The position numbers and the translations under genes were made by a program. The notes under the pieces are model-generated. The model saw only the letters and a program-made list of their open reading frames with translations, had not been told where the DNA came from and did no database searches. Below, in pieces: positions 38,796-50,253 of a stretch of DNA of 64,000 bases; positions within the stretch are counted from its first letter, which is position 1; every line of letters starts with the position of its first letter. Source of the stretch: a virus (taxonomy: Duplodnaviria; Caudoviricetes); IMG/VR virus record IMGVR_UViG_2667527597_000005, positions 3,117 through 67,116 of that record, one strand, 5' to 3'.

Positions 38796-39420
38796 ATTTT
38801 ACATGGCCTGCTTGCGCGACACTGTAGGCAGAAACATGGCATTTCACTGCTATCGGGGTTGTGGTTATGCCACTGATATCGGCAAAGCCCATATTTACAC
38901 CCTCGAAGAGGCTCAAAAGAGCTGGAATCTTGGGCGTGACATTGACCTGCCAGTGTCAGCCGATGCAATTGATGCAGCTGCTGTTTGGCATGTTGATCAT
39001 CAACTCATTCCCAGCAAGAACACTATCGAGACAGATTGCGCAGGTTATGTCGCATTCATCAAAGACAAGTGGAATGGGAATGACGTGTATTGGCTGTCTG
39101 ACCTGATGCCAACAGATGATTTCAACAAAGCTAAAGTATTCCCTGAGCCGGACGTCACTGAAAGCAGTCTGGTGTGGCTACCATTTGTGACTGCTGATGC
39201 CGTTAAACGCCGGACTTTCAATATCGACCAGCTTAATCGGCGGACAATGATTCAGGCTGCGGGGCTGAGAGTGCCTGATTGGTTAAAGCGTCAGACTCGA
39301 CGTAAATCGTCAGGTAAAACACGCTGGAACTGCCCTCACTGCGGAAAAATAAGCTGGCAATACAACCCGTATGATTTCGATGGGTGCGCTGATTGGGCAT
39401 GTAAAGGGAGTCACCGCTAA
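38785..39420 (+). CDS. Hypothetical phage protein with C-terminal CxxC motifs
   Basis: NCPHCG..C..C. Confidence 0.65.
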   Translation: MQNRFYMACLRDTVGRNMAFHCYRGCGYATDIGKAHIYTLEEAQKSWNLGRDIDLPVSADAIDAAAVWHVDHQLIPSKNTIETDCAGYVAFIKDKWNGNDVYWLSDLMPTDDFNKAKVFPEPDVTESSLVWLPFVTADAVKRRTFNIDQLNRRTMIQAAGLRVPDWLKRQTRRKSSGKTRWNCPHCGKISWQYNPYDFDGCADWACKGSHR

Positions 39421-39728
39421 TGAAAGAACAATCGGTAATTCAACTGGCGCAAAAAGTTGTACAAAACAACCCAGGACTAACCTCAAAAGAGGTCGCTAAT
39501 CGCGTATCTCAAATCCGTCCTGCCAGAGTCGATGTAGTTAATAGAGCCCTAGAGCGCCTTAGCCTAAAAGGTGAAATTAATCGTATCAAATCAACGAAAG
39601 GTGTAATTACCAATCACCCTAAACCTGAACAATTCGGGATTACTCGAACTATGGCCTTTTTTAACAAAACTCTGTTAGAAGTGCGTAACAAATATAAGTT
39701 TGAATTAGAAAAGTGTATTGGCTCGTAA
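39420..39728 (+). CDS. Hypothetical winged-helix-like protein
   Basis: NPGLTSKEVA motif. Confidence 0.55.
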   Translation: MKEQSVIQLAQKVVQNNPGLTSKEVANRVSQIRPARVDVVNRALERLSLKGEINRIKSTKGVITNHPKPEQFGITRTMAFFNKTLLEVRNKYKFELEKCIGS

Positions 39729-39789
39729 GCAGTTTTAGTCACGGCCTGTGTGCGGCGGGCCTTTAAATAAACAGTGTGGGGTAATCATC

Positions 39790-40008
39790 ATGTTTAAAAG
39801 CGGAAAATTGATGAAAGCAAGCGCATGGGGCCAGCGTGAGTTCGAGGCGGGATCGGTACCTGATAATCGAACTATTAAGCGTTGGATTGAAATCGGTAAA
39901 TTGAAAGGAAAAGTTATTGATGGGAGTATTTGGGTTAATTCCTCGGAGCGTTGGGGTGTTGAATCAGCAGTCTCATCTTATGTTAATCAATTAATACAAG
40001 AGGCATAA
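39790..40008 (+). CDS. Excisionase
   Basis: RTIKRWI..GKL HTH immediately upstream of integrase. Confidence 0.75.
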   Translation: MFKSGKLMKASAWGQREFEAGSVPDNRTIKRWIEIGKLKGKVIDGSIWVNSSERWGVESAVSSYVNQLIQEA

Positions 40009-40011
40009 TTC

Positions 40012-41190
40012 ATGGCTGCCCGACCGCGCAAAAAAGAATATAGGCACCTTCCTGATCATCTCTATTTCGATAAAGATAAAGGTGCTTATAGATTCACTTT
40101 GGTTACTGGTAAAAAGAAAGATGTCGGTAGTGACCGAGGAATTGCTATTGCTATTGCGCGAGAATATAACAACTTAATGCGCCCGGAGTCGGTAGTTTCC
40201 GTGGCGTCTTTAATTCGTGAATCTGGTGGTAATAACGGTGAAGCGAAGCCATTTTCTGAGCATGTTGATAAGATATTGGCCCGGGCAATAGTTGATGAAA
40301 AACCAGCAGCGGCGACAAAAGCCGACTGGGAAAGCGATAAGGTTCGAGTTAAAGAATACTTTTCCAATATTCCCACCTGCGATATAGATCTTGAGCATGT
40401 AAATGGATTCATTCAGCACTACCATGCGGACGCATCAGCGAATGTCCAAAACCGTAAAGCTAGCTTCCTAAAAAAACTATTCAGCTATGCGGTCGATGAA
40501 TCACTGATGATGGATAACCCAGCAGCCCGTAAAAAAATGCGGCGTACCAGTGGTAAAATAAGGCGCCGGCTATCAATTGAAGATTTTATTAAGATCCGTA
40601 ATGCCGCTGATCGATGGCTAAGAACGGCAATGGATTTAGCCATTCAAACAGCCCAGGCGCGACTAGAGGTTTCACGCATTCGTTACAATATCAGCCAGCC
40701 AAAAGAAGGTGTTTGCGGCTGCCAAATGTATGACGAGCCGGTAAACGGCATTCATGGGATGCTTTATATTCATCGCCAAAAGGTCCAGCACAAGGAAGCC
40801 TCTCATGTGGCCATACCCATTGGAAATGCGCTTAAATCGATTATTGATAATAGCCGCGATAACATAGCTAGCCCGTATATTGTCCATCGCTTACCGCTTA
40901 AGCGCAGTAATCCCACCAGCAAAGAAGTGCGTCACCCAACCCAAGTGGCTCCTGATTATCTAAGTCGGGCATTTTCTACTTTGCGCGATCAAGTTGGTGT
41001 TGGTGCTAACCTACCGATGGAACAGCGCCCAACATTTCATGAAATCCGAGCGCTGGCTGCTCACTTATTTAAAATGCAGGGAATGGACCCACAAGCTCGC
41101 ATGGCCCACAGTGATGCTAAATCAACACAGATCTACACTGAGAACCATGTGGAGTGGGTCAAGGTGCCGCACGGTGAAATTGCAGTTTAA
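40012..41190 (+). CDS. int: Tyrosine integrase
   Basis: MAARPR start, AQAR, TFHEIR, AHS..TQIY. Confidence 0.93.
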   Translation: MAARPRKKEYRHLPDHLYFDKDKGAYRFTLVTGKKKDVGSDRGIAIAIAREYNNLMRPESVVSVASLIRESGGNNGEAKPFSEHVDKILARAIVDEKPAAATKADWESDKVRVKEYFSNIPTCDIDLEHVNGFIQHYHADASANVQNRKASFLKKLFSYAVDESLMMDNPAARKKMRRTSGKIRRRLSIEDFIKIRNAADRWLRTAMDLAIQTAQARLEVSRIRYNISQPKEGVCGCQMYDEPVNGIHGMLYIHRQKVQHKEASHVAIPIGNALKSIIDNSRDNIASPYIVHRLPLKRSNPTSKEVRHPTQVAPDYLSRAFSTLRDQVGVGANLPMEQRPTFHEIRALAAHLFKMQGMDPQARMAHSDAKSTQIYTENHVEWVKVPHGEIAV

Positions 41191-41322
41191 TGAAGGGAAT
41201 AACTCGACTTAAGCCGTTGATGTATATAGGGCCGGAAATGCAAATTCTGCACTGTTTGTTTAAACAGTGGAATCGAATGAAATGCAGTGTTTATGCGGGT
41301 TTGAAGGTGTTAAGGCGGGTGA

Positions 41323-41368
41323 CATGGGGTGTCGGGGGTCGGAGGTTCAAATCCTCTCATGCCGACCA
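41323..41368 (+). other. Prophage att site: 3' half of tRNA-Pro(GGG)
   Basis: CATGGGGTGTCGGGGGTCGGAGGTTCAAATCCTCTCATGCCGACCA with no 5' tRNA half upstream. Confidence 0.88.
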
Positions 41369-41380
41369 AATATCCCAAAG

Positions 41381-41409
41381 AAAACCAATCCGTTAGGGTT
41401 GGTTTTTTT
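41381..41409 (+). terminator. Intrinsic terminator after tRNA fragment
   Basis: AAAACCAATCC..GGGTTGGTTTTTTT. Confidence 0.8.
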
Positions 41410-41721
41410 GTTTGTGGGATTTGGCAGGGGAAACACGGGGAAAAAAATGACTCATTTGCGAGTAGCTAGAAATCATTAACTTCAATTACTAATAAAATAA
41501 AAATACATAAATACTATTAATTATTAAAAACCAGAATTTTCATTGTATTGCCCATCAATTCCTCATCAATATGCTTAATTAGCAAAACATACCATTTGCA
41601 ATAAATCAATTTCGTGAACTACATTTTTTATGGATATATTCATTATCCTAATGAATATGGTTGCATTTGTATTTATTGCAATTATATATAATCACATCGA
41701 TTACCAGAGGGTGTTATTACC

Positions 41722-42753
41722 ATGGGCAATAATAATCAACTGAAGAATGAAGATGATACTGCGGCATTAGATTTATTGGAGCAAGCGATGGGGTTTACTT
41801 TTCAAGCCTCATTGCGTGCTGCAACAATTTTAGGGGTAGCGGATTATCTGACAGAAGAGGCAAAAACTGCGGAGGAACTTGGACAGACAGTAGGGGCAGA
41901 CTCACGTCATTTAAATCGCGTATTACGCATGCTAGCATCGCGAAATATCTTTGCAGAATCAGCAGATGGTCGATTTTCACTGACCCCAGCGGCACAGTAT
42001 CTTCGCTCAGATCATCGTGACTCACTGCGCGCGGCGGTATTAATGCTGACGGATAAAACATTCTGGCTCCCACTCGGTAATCTTGTCGAAAATCTACGAG
42101 GTGAATCGGCCTTTAAAAAGGCATTCGGAATGTCTTTTTATGAATACTGGTCACGAGATAACATTCCCGAATCAGAAGGTGATTTTCATACTGGTATGTC
42201 ATCGATGTCCTCAGTAGAAAATAACTTCTTGGTGCGCAGCTATGACTTTCCAAAACATGCCACAGTGATTGATATTGCCGGTGGTTTTGGGGGATTACTG
42301 TTAAAAGTACTGCAAAATAATCCCACATTACAGGGTATTTTATTCGATCGCCCTGCGGTCTTGGCGAAGAACCGTCTTGGTGAGTTAGGAGATGATTCAC
42401 GTTGGGAAACCCAGACAGGTAATTTCTTTGAAAGCTGCCCAACAGCTGATATTTATTTATTAAAATACATCACAATGGATTGGCCGGAAGAACAAGCAAG
42501 TCAGATATTGCGCAGTTGTCGTAATGCAATGCGGCCCAATTCAAAAGTGCTTATCTTTGAACCTGTTATATCCAGAGAAGATACCAGGCAAGGTGGCAAA
42601 GAGATCGACCTTTTGTTATTAGGTAGTTTTGATGGAGGACAAGCACGCACTGAGGAGGAACTTAAAACACTGCTGGCCAGCGCAGATCTGAAACTTAATC
42701 GTATTATCGATACCGGAAGCTATGTATCAATTATTGAGGCTATTCCAGCCTAA
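41722..42753 (+). CDS. SAM-dependent O-methyltransferase (COMT/Methyltransf_2 type)
   Basis: Dimerisation domain, IDIAGGFG, GNFF, ARTEEE. Confidence 0.88.
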   Translation: MGNNNQLKNEDDTAALDLLEQAMGFTFQASLRAATILGVADYLTEEAKTAEELGQTVGADSRHLNRVLRMLASRNIFAESADGRFSLTPAAQYLRSDHRDSLRAAVLMLTDKTFWLPLGNLVENLRGESAFKKAFGMSFYEYWSRDNIPESEGDFHTGMSSMSSVENNFLVRSYDFPKHATVIDIAGGFGGLLLKVLQNNPTLQGILFDRPAVLAKNRLGELGDDSRWETQTGNFFESCPTADIYLLKYITMDWPEEQASQILRSCRNAMRPNSKVLIFEPVISREDTRQGGKEIDLLLLGSFDGGQARTEEELKTLLASADLKLNRIIDTGSYVSIIEAIPA

Positions 42754-43062
42754 ATATAAGCATCTATTTTAAAGAAATACGGCCTAATTGAAGATTAGGC
42801 AAAAATTTATTCGGATAATGACCATCTATTAAATAATAAAGGAAAACGGGCAATGTTATGAAATATGGCGGTATAACATTGTCTATTTTATTAACAATTA
42901 AATATTAATAATAACAAGATTAAGAAGTCTTTCAATATTAAATGGGGGAAGTTATTTTTACAATTATAGCTATAAGTCTTTTTGCCAACCCTTGGCTATA
43001 AACATATTTGATGATCTTACTCACCACTCCCAGAAAACAGAGTGGCGAGAATCATACAAACA

Positions 43063-43797
43063 TTAATCAACTATAATGCGACCATTAAGCGGCTGTATTG
43101 GCCGATTATTGTTATGATGAACAACAGACTGGAATTGATGTATTTGTTCAGCAGAAACATTAACAGGCTGATCAAGCACTAACCAGGTTACACCTTCAGA
43201 ACAAGGTGGTGTGGTAAGTGAACCACTAAAACGGTAAAAATTGAACTGTTTTGGTAGCAACTCATTAATATCCAAAGGTCTATTCAGTATTGTTAATTGG
43301 TCTACCGCTGTTGGCATTTGCTGCCAGGCCAGTGCCAATTGTGTATTAGCTTTTCCCAACTGGAACAGCAGCGCCAATACTACCAACTCACCCTTGTTAT
43401 CTTTATAAACAAAATGAGCTTCCAATGGGAACTGTTTGCCATCAATTTCGTTTTCACTGGGGGCGTGAAAATGGAATTGTTGCAATGTAAACGTATCGCC
43501 ATCCAGCTTTAACGTATTACCAGCGCTAGTATTAATCTGAATCGTATGGCCATTATTAACGATTTGTTGCTTGCCTTGCTGGAAATTTAATTCCAATTGA
43601 CCATGATGAGTTTTCAATGCGCCATGAATATTGACTGGTGACTGATTTTTACCCGTTTCACAAAGAGAGAAATCAGGGGAAAGTTTCCCCCAATGTGCCG
43701 GGTCTTCCTGCCCCTCATATCCCCAGTGAGCATGTTCCGCAGCACTGGCAGAAAAACTGGCTACCAACATTGCAGCGAACAATAATTTTCCTTTCAT
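43063..43797 (-). CDS. cah: Periplasmic alpha-carbonic anhydrase
   Basis: Signal peptide, QSPVNI, QFHFH, EAHFV, GSLTTPPC. Confidence 0.93.
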   Translation of the reverse strand: MKGKLLFAAMLVASFSASAAEHAHWGYEGQEDPAHWGKLSPDFSLCETGKNQSPVNIHGALKTHHGQLELNFQQGKQQIVNNGHTIQINTSAGNTLKLDGDTFTLQQFHFHAPSENEIDGKQFPLEAHFVYKDNKGELVVLALLFQLGKANTQLALAWQQMPTAVDQLTILNRPLDINELLPKQFNFYRFSGSLTTPPCSEGVTWLVLDQPVNVSAEQIHQFQSVVHHNNNRPIQPLNGRIIVD

Positions 43798-44072
43798 TTC
43801 TTATCCCTATTAAGCAAAAACTAAATTACACCTGACGAACAACCATACAAAGCATGGCAATAACCGTCGGAGTAAAAGAGTAACTCAGCTTTTTTTTAGG
43901 ATATGTCAGTTACTTCCTACAAAACGATAAAATTATTGTAATAGCTTAAATTTAAACTATTTTTTCATTAATGAAAAATGTAACCAACTGCGTTTGGGAG
44001 GGTGTAAAGGAGAAAATGGTGAGAAAGGCCGGTGTTAAACGGCCCTTCCCTGTTGGCTGGTTTATCAGAGAA

Positions 44073-45572
<1,500 letters not shown>

Positions 45573-45597
45573 TTAACCCGCCCGAACATTAAATATT

Positions 45598-47139
45598 CTA
45601 GCCTTGATTCATTTGTGCCTGAGCAATAGGTGCTTCAGATGCTTTAGCACTGCCTGGTTGTTCCACATTCTCTGGTTCATCGGTAAACCCAACCAGCCAG
45701 GTGAAAACCGCTCCCAAGACGAAAGCGACGGTAATAGACAGCAGAAATCCCAAGAACTGTGCCATATGCCCTTCTTTAAAGAAGACCGGCAACACCGCAA
45801 TGCCCGGCAGGCAATAGCTCCATGACACCGCATTAAAAGACCCCGCGATAGCTCCACCAATCCCCCCTGCGGCGCAGCTGCATAAGAAAGGTTTCTTCAA
45901 ACGTAATGCCACACCGTAAATAGCAGGCTCGGTAATACCGAATAAAGCGGTAATCCCCGCGGACAATGAAATTCCTTTCATTTCACGGTTACGCGTTTTT
46001 AAGTAAACACCAAACATGGTTCCGGCCATGGCAAAGACTGCGGAGGCTTGCAAGCCGGTAAAAGTGTCATAACCCAATGTCGCATAGTTCCCTACAGTGA
46101 CCGGAGTGATGCCCCAATGAACACCCAATGTGACCAGTGGCTGCCAGAATGCACCAACCATAAACCCTGCTATCGCTGGGCTGAGATTATAAAGTGTGTT
46201 GTAAACGCCGCCAATTGCCCCACCGATCAAGTTACCCACTGGGCCAAATACCAACAAGGTTAAGGGCACCATAATGGCAATACAGAACATCGGGGTAAAC
46301 AGGTTACGCACCACCATTGGCAGTACTTTTTCAAAGAAGCGCTGCACATAAGACATGGCCCAAACCATCAAAATAATCGGGATAACCGAGGCGGTATAGC
46401 TCAGGTATTGCACGGGAATACCGAAGAAATCCAAGGTGGGTGATGATAATGGAATACCAGCAATAGTATTCAAAATGTGGGCAACCTGCGGATTATTTAG
46501 CGCTTCATGCATCAATTGCTGAACGGCAGGGTCTGCGGAATTCACCGTAACAATTTTATTAGCCGTCAGCATGTTCATATAATCAGGGCTAATCAACGCA
46601 CAAGCAGTAATTACGGCGGTAAAAGGATTAACATTGAATTTTTTGGCCGCAGTAAAAGCCACCATCACAGGTAAGAAGGTAAATCCGGTCCAGGAGACAA
46701 AATTTAAAATTCGATACGTACCGCTGGCGGCATCCATCCAGCCAATCGCAGCCAGGAAAGAAATAATCCCTTGTAAAATACCGCAGGCGGCCAGTGGATA
46801 AAGGAAAGGTGCAAAAATACTGGAGATAATATCCATCAACCGGCTAACGATACCGACTTTAGGTGCTGCCACCGGTGCACTTTCATCGATATTAATCAGG
46901 TTCGTGACATGCTTATAGGCATCGCCGACGTGGTTACCGATAACCACTTGCATTTGCCCACCCGCTTCAATAACGGTAATAACCCCTTTAACACGATTTA
47001 ATTTTTCCTTATCGACAGTTTTATTATCTTTCAATATAAAACGTAAACGTGTTGCACAATGTGTGACGGTAATCACATTATTATCACCACCAATATACTT
47101 AATAATTTCTTGGGCGGTTAATGCGTAATCAATTGCCAT
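45598..47139 (-). CDS. PTS beta-glucoside EIIBC component
   Basis: HCATRLR, GITEPAIYG. Confidence 0.92.
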   Translation of the reverse strand: MAIDYALTAQEIIKYIGGDNNVITVTHCATRLRFILKDNKTVDKEKLNRVKGVITVIEAGGQMQVVIGNHVGDAYKHVTNLINIDESAPVAAPKVGIVSRLMDIISSIFAPFLYPLAACGILQGIISFLAAIGWMDAASGTYRILNFVSWTGFTFLPVMVAFTAAKKFNVNPFTAVITACALISPDYMNMLTANKIVTVNSADPAVQQLMHEALNNPQVAHILNTIAGIPLSSPTLDFFGIPVQYLSYTASVIPIILMVWAMSYVQRFFEKVLPMVVRNLFTPMFCIAIMVPLTLLVFGPVGNLIGGAIGGVYNTLYNLSPAIAGFMVGAFWQPLVTLGVHWGITPVTVGNYATLGYDTFTGLQASAVFAMAGTMFGVYLKTRNREMKGISLSAGITALFGITEPAIYGVALRLKKPFLCSCAAGGIGGAIAGSFNAVSWSYCLPGIAVLPVFFKEGHMAQFLGFLLSITVAFVLGAVFTWLVGFTDEPENVEQPGSAKASEAPIAQAQMNQG

Positions 47140-47304
47140 TATTAATCTCCTGTCACGAATGCTGAGTATAAGATAAACAGAATGTTATCGGATTATTATT
47201 AATATTTTTTCGATTGAGACTGGAGTTTAGCAAAAAGAAAGATGAAGTCACGATATAACAAAAACCATGAATTGGAATATGTAACATGTAAAAAACACCC
47301 TGTT

Positions 47305-48045
47305 TTATTGGGTGTTTTTATTAACTAATTGAGGGAGTTTTTTGCCTATAGTTTCAATAATATATAAAACGGGGATCTGAGTAGTAATATTATATTGACC
47401 TTCTAATACAATAGGAGGCATGTGATAAGAGATATTTAAATCAGCCATCTTAGCCAAGGTCGAATTATCACTATTGGTCAAGCTAATAATCTTGCAGTGT
47501 TGCAGGCTAAACTGATTGGCGATACGGATGATTTCTTCCGTTTCACCAGAAACAGAGAGGATAATCGCAATCGCATCCTGATACATATCACTATTGATTG
47601 GATAATAAGGATCATCGATATAAGTGCTGTATTTTCCTACATTAGAAAAGAAACGTGCACTGTATTTTCCTAATGCACCCGATGTTCCTATTCCAACAAA
47701 AATAATTCTACGTGTAGCCGCTATTTGCGCGGCAGCGCTCTCAATAAGTTCGTCAAACTCACTATTATTAATACTTTTGAAATAGCTAATTATTTCGCTA
47801 ATACCGAAACTGACCGGTGGTTTTTCGTCATGTTCTAAATAGAGTTTAAAACGAACACGAAATTCAGAGTAACCATCACAATTCATTTTTTTACAAAAAC
47901 GCAAGACGGTGGTAGTAGAAACACCCGCGGCGTCTGCCAACTCCCTGATGGTCATGTACATCACTTTATCAGTATTCTTTATGATGTAGTTATAGACGAT
48001 CAATTCCAGTTCGTTCAGCGATGATATTTCTTTATAGGTAAACAT
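47305..48045 (-). CDS. MurR/RpiR family regulator
   Basis: HTH TIRELA..TVLRFCKK; SIS domain SVSGET. Confidence 0.9.
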   Translation of the reverse strand: MFTYKEISSLNELELIVYNYIIKNTDKVMYMTIRELADAAGVSTTTVLRFCKKMNCDGYSEFRVRFKLYLEHDEKPPVSFGISEIISYFKSINNSEFDELIESAAAQIAATRRIIFVGIGTSGALGKYSARFFSNVGKYSTYIDDPYYPINSDMYQDAIAIILSVSGETEEIIRIANQFSLQHCKIISLTNSDNSTLAKMADLNISYHMPPIVLEGQYNITTQIPVLYIIETIGKKLPQLVNKNTQ

Positions 48046-48177
48046 ACTGGTACCTGAAATCCCGTTAGATGCCTGAAACCATGGTACAAATACCATGGCC
48101 CGAGATAGATGAATTTAGCATGAAATGCAGGAAGTAACGAGGCAGTTATTGCAGATTGGTTCCGCCATTTATTGTGC

Positions 48178-48753
48178 TTACGTTTGCTGTTGTAAAAGTA
48201 GACGCTGCTGCGCAGGAATATATTTATAGATAGTTTTGGGTGAGATATCGAGCACTAAAGCAACCTGATGTAAACTAGCTCCATTGGCAAACATTCGTTT
48301 GGCCCTTTCAATAACTTCATGTGTCATTATCCTGCGGCGGCCGCCTATTCGTCCCTCAGCTCTTGCAGCAGCCAAACCTGCAAGAGTGCGCTCAACTATT
48401 AATTCGCGTTCCATTTCAGCTAATGCAGACATAACATGAAAGAAAAAACGGCCCATAGCGGTACTGGTATCAATGCTATCGGTCAAGCTGCGAAAATGCA
48501 CTCCACGGTTTTTTAACTCTTCTATCAGCGCAATTAAGTGGCGAACACTGCGCCCTAATCGATCGAGTTTCCACACAACTAATGTATCTCCCTCGGACAT
48601 GATGTGCATTGCTCGTTTTAAACCCGGTCGGTCTGACGATTTCCCGCTTATTTTATCCTCAAAAATCTGTACGCAATTTGCACTAATTAGTGCATTACGT
48701 TGTAACTCTGTATTTTGGTCACTTGTTGACACCCTGATATAGCCTATAAGCAT
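48178..48753 (-). CDS. Serine DNA invertase (Hin/Gin/Pin family)
   Basis: GYIRVS, KLDRLGR, IDTSTAMGR, C-terminal HTH. Confidence 0.93.
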   Translation of the reverse strand: MLIGYIRVSTSDQNTELQRNALISANCVQIFEDKISGKSSDRPGLKRAMHIMSEGDTLVVWKLDRLGRSVRHLIALIEELKNRGVHFRSLTDSIDTSTAMGRFFFHVMSALAEMERELIVERTLAGLAAARAEGRIGGRRRIMTHEVIERAKRMFANGASLHQVALVLDISPKTIYKYIPAQQRLLLQQQT

Positions 48754-48833
48754 CTTATTTCCCTCATAAAATAAGTGAAGTTTGTCGCAAGTAAGCTATA
48801 GGAAAAATGAACCAGTAAATATGAAAGTCTAAA

Positions 48834-48851
48834 AAACCTTGGTTTGGGCGA
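48834..48851 (+). repeat. Invertase crossover site (left IR)
   Basis: AAACCTTGGTTTGGGCGA, perfect inverse of 50648-50665. Confidence 0.92.
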
Positions 48852-49617
48852 TGTTGCGCATCTTCCGCAACTTACTGGTATTGTTGGCGCATCACGCAAT
48901 GCAAAAATGAGCATTCCAGCTGCTTCAACAACCGCGACATTTACTGTTGATGAAATAATTGTTCAAACCGCATTAGGTGGGGAACAATACAAATTAAGTA
49001 ACTTCAATAAGATAATTAATCTTGCCACCAGTGGTGCCGGTGGAATGGACATGGGTACTGTGCCGGTCATTGGGTTTATTGCTCTGTACGCTATTTACAA
49101 CCCCACAACTCATGTGTCTGCATTGCTGGCTGTTAATGCCACATCAGCAGCGGCACCTGAAATCTGCGCTGGAGTTATGCCACCCAACTACGCGGCATCA
49201 GCCCTTGTAGGAGTACAGCCCATTGAGGCAGGCAAATTTAAGGTCTGTCTGCTCACTGGCAGACATGTTTCATTTCCACGGCTTATTGCTATAACAACAT
49301 CCTCATCAACATCAAATACCGCTGTTCGTCTTTCAATATCAGCGATTACACCCAAGAATGCTTTAAAAATTGCGGGGGTCATACAAGCCGGTGGGGGAAG
49401 TACCATTACGTCATATTCATCCCTCCAAGTTGGCAGCGACTCTAACATGTGTGGTGGTCAGGAAGTGAGGCTGGGGGTTCAAGCCGGGACGGGTTCGGAT
49501 GTAGTTGGTAATTTCATGATCTATCTAAATGATCCTCAAGCCTTGTATTACATACATAACACAACAATGAACAGCTCAACTGTATGCACTATCTTTATTT
49601 CTAGCTACTCATTTTAA
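48844..49617 (+). CDS. Silent alternative tail-fibre C-terminal cassette
   Basis: Begins at crossover site (NLGLGD) in frame for fusion on inversion; no own RBS. Confidence 0.85.
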   Translation: MGDVAHLPQLTGIVGASRNAKMSIPAASTTATFTVDEIIVQTALGGEQYKLSNFNKIINLATSGAGGMDMGTVPVIGFIALYAIYNPTTHVSALLAVNATSAAAPEICAGVMPPNYAASALVGVQPIEAGKFKVCLLTGRHVSFPRLIAITTSSSTSNTAVRLSISAITPKNALKIAGVIQAGGGSTITSYSSLQVGSDSNMCGGQEVRLGVQAGTGSDVVGNFMIYLNDPQALYYIHNTTMNSSTVCTIFISSYSF

Positions 49618-49620
49618 GGG

Positions 49621-49812
49621 GTGAGCATGACAACTATATTTGTTGATTTTGCAGATAATGCAGATACTGTTATTAAGAGTGCGTTTGGTAGCCCTCAATC
49701 CCCTGAATGGTATCATCACCTTGGAACAGTAGACGATGATGATCCTCGGTATTTAGCGTTTATGGAAAGGGTGCAATTCATTGGGTTAAACAGTACAGAT
49801 GACCGGGCTTGA
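49621..49812 (+). CDS. Small partner/chaperone of alternative fibre
   Basis: Directly follows cassette; DDPRY motif. Confidence 0.6.
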   Translation: MSMTTIFVDFADNADTVIKSAFGSPQSPEWYHHLGTVDDDDPRYLAFMERVQFIGLNSTDDRA

Positions 49813-49832
49813 TGCCCGGTTCTGCTTCGCCA

Positions 49833-50252
49833 TTAAAGAACGTCAGGCCAAATAATATCAGGTGCTTTTGATGTATCAATCCGCATCAAAGCAACTCGAT
49901 ATTTACGCCACGATGCAAGCGCTGTTATCTCTTTATCGCTAGCGCTCCCGTCATCAACCGCATCTTGTCGCCATTCAATTTCTGAATCAACAATGGCTTT
50001 TAACTGGATCTTTTTAGCATCAGCATTGGCAACTAATTCCTCGTGGGTTGGCGGTGGTAAATCCACCCATGCGGGGCGTCCACCGATAACACCGAGCATT
50101 TTCCTCAATGGGGGAGACTGCTTCCAATATGTAGAAAGTTCTTCGTCTGTTACATCAATTAAATCGACAGGTAATCCTATGTCATAGCTACCGTCATCAA
50201 TCATATTTTGTGCGTAAAATGTTTTTACTGAAGCGCTAAATTTTGCTTTCAT
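49833..50252 (-). CDS. Tail fibre assembly chaperone (Tfa)
   Basis: GRPAWVD, WRKYRVAL..APDIIWP. Confidence 0.9.
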   Translation of the reverse strand: MKAKFSASVKTFYAQNMIDDGSYDIGLPVDLIDVTDEELSTYWKQSPPLRKMLGVIGGRPAWVDLPPPTHEELVANADAKKIQLKAIVDSEIEWRQDAVDDGSASDKEITALASWRKYRVALMRIDTSKAPDIIWPDVL

Positions 50253-50253
50253 T

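Larger units (their letters stand above)
1..41368. mobile_element. Lambdoid prophage with Mu/SfV-like contractile tail (left end outside window), integrated in tRNA-Pro(GGG)
   Basis: Ordered modules: tail, head, terminase, lysis, Q, replication, cro/cI, early left genes, xis/int, tRNA-derived att. Confidence 0.95.

Noticed and set aside
41300-41368. Intact tRNA-Pro gene
   Set aside because: Only anticodon loop to CCA present; no acceptor 5' strand or D-arm, so it is an att duplicate
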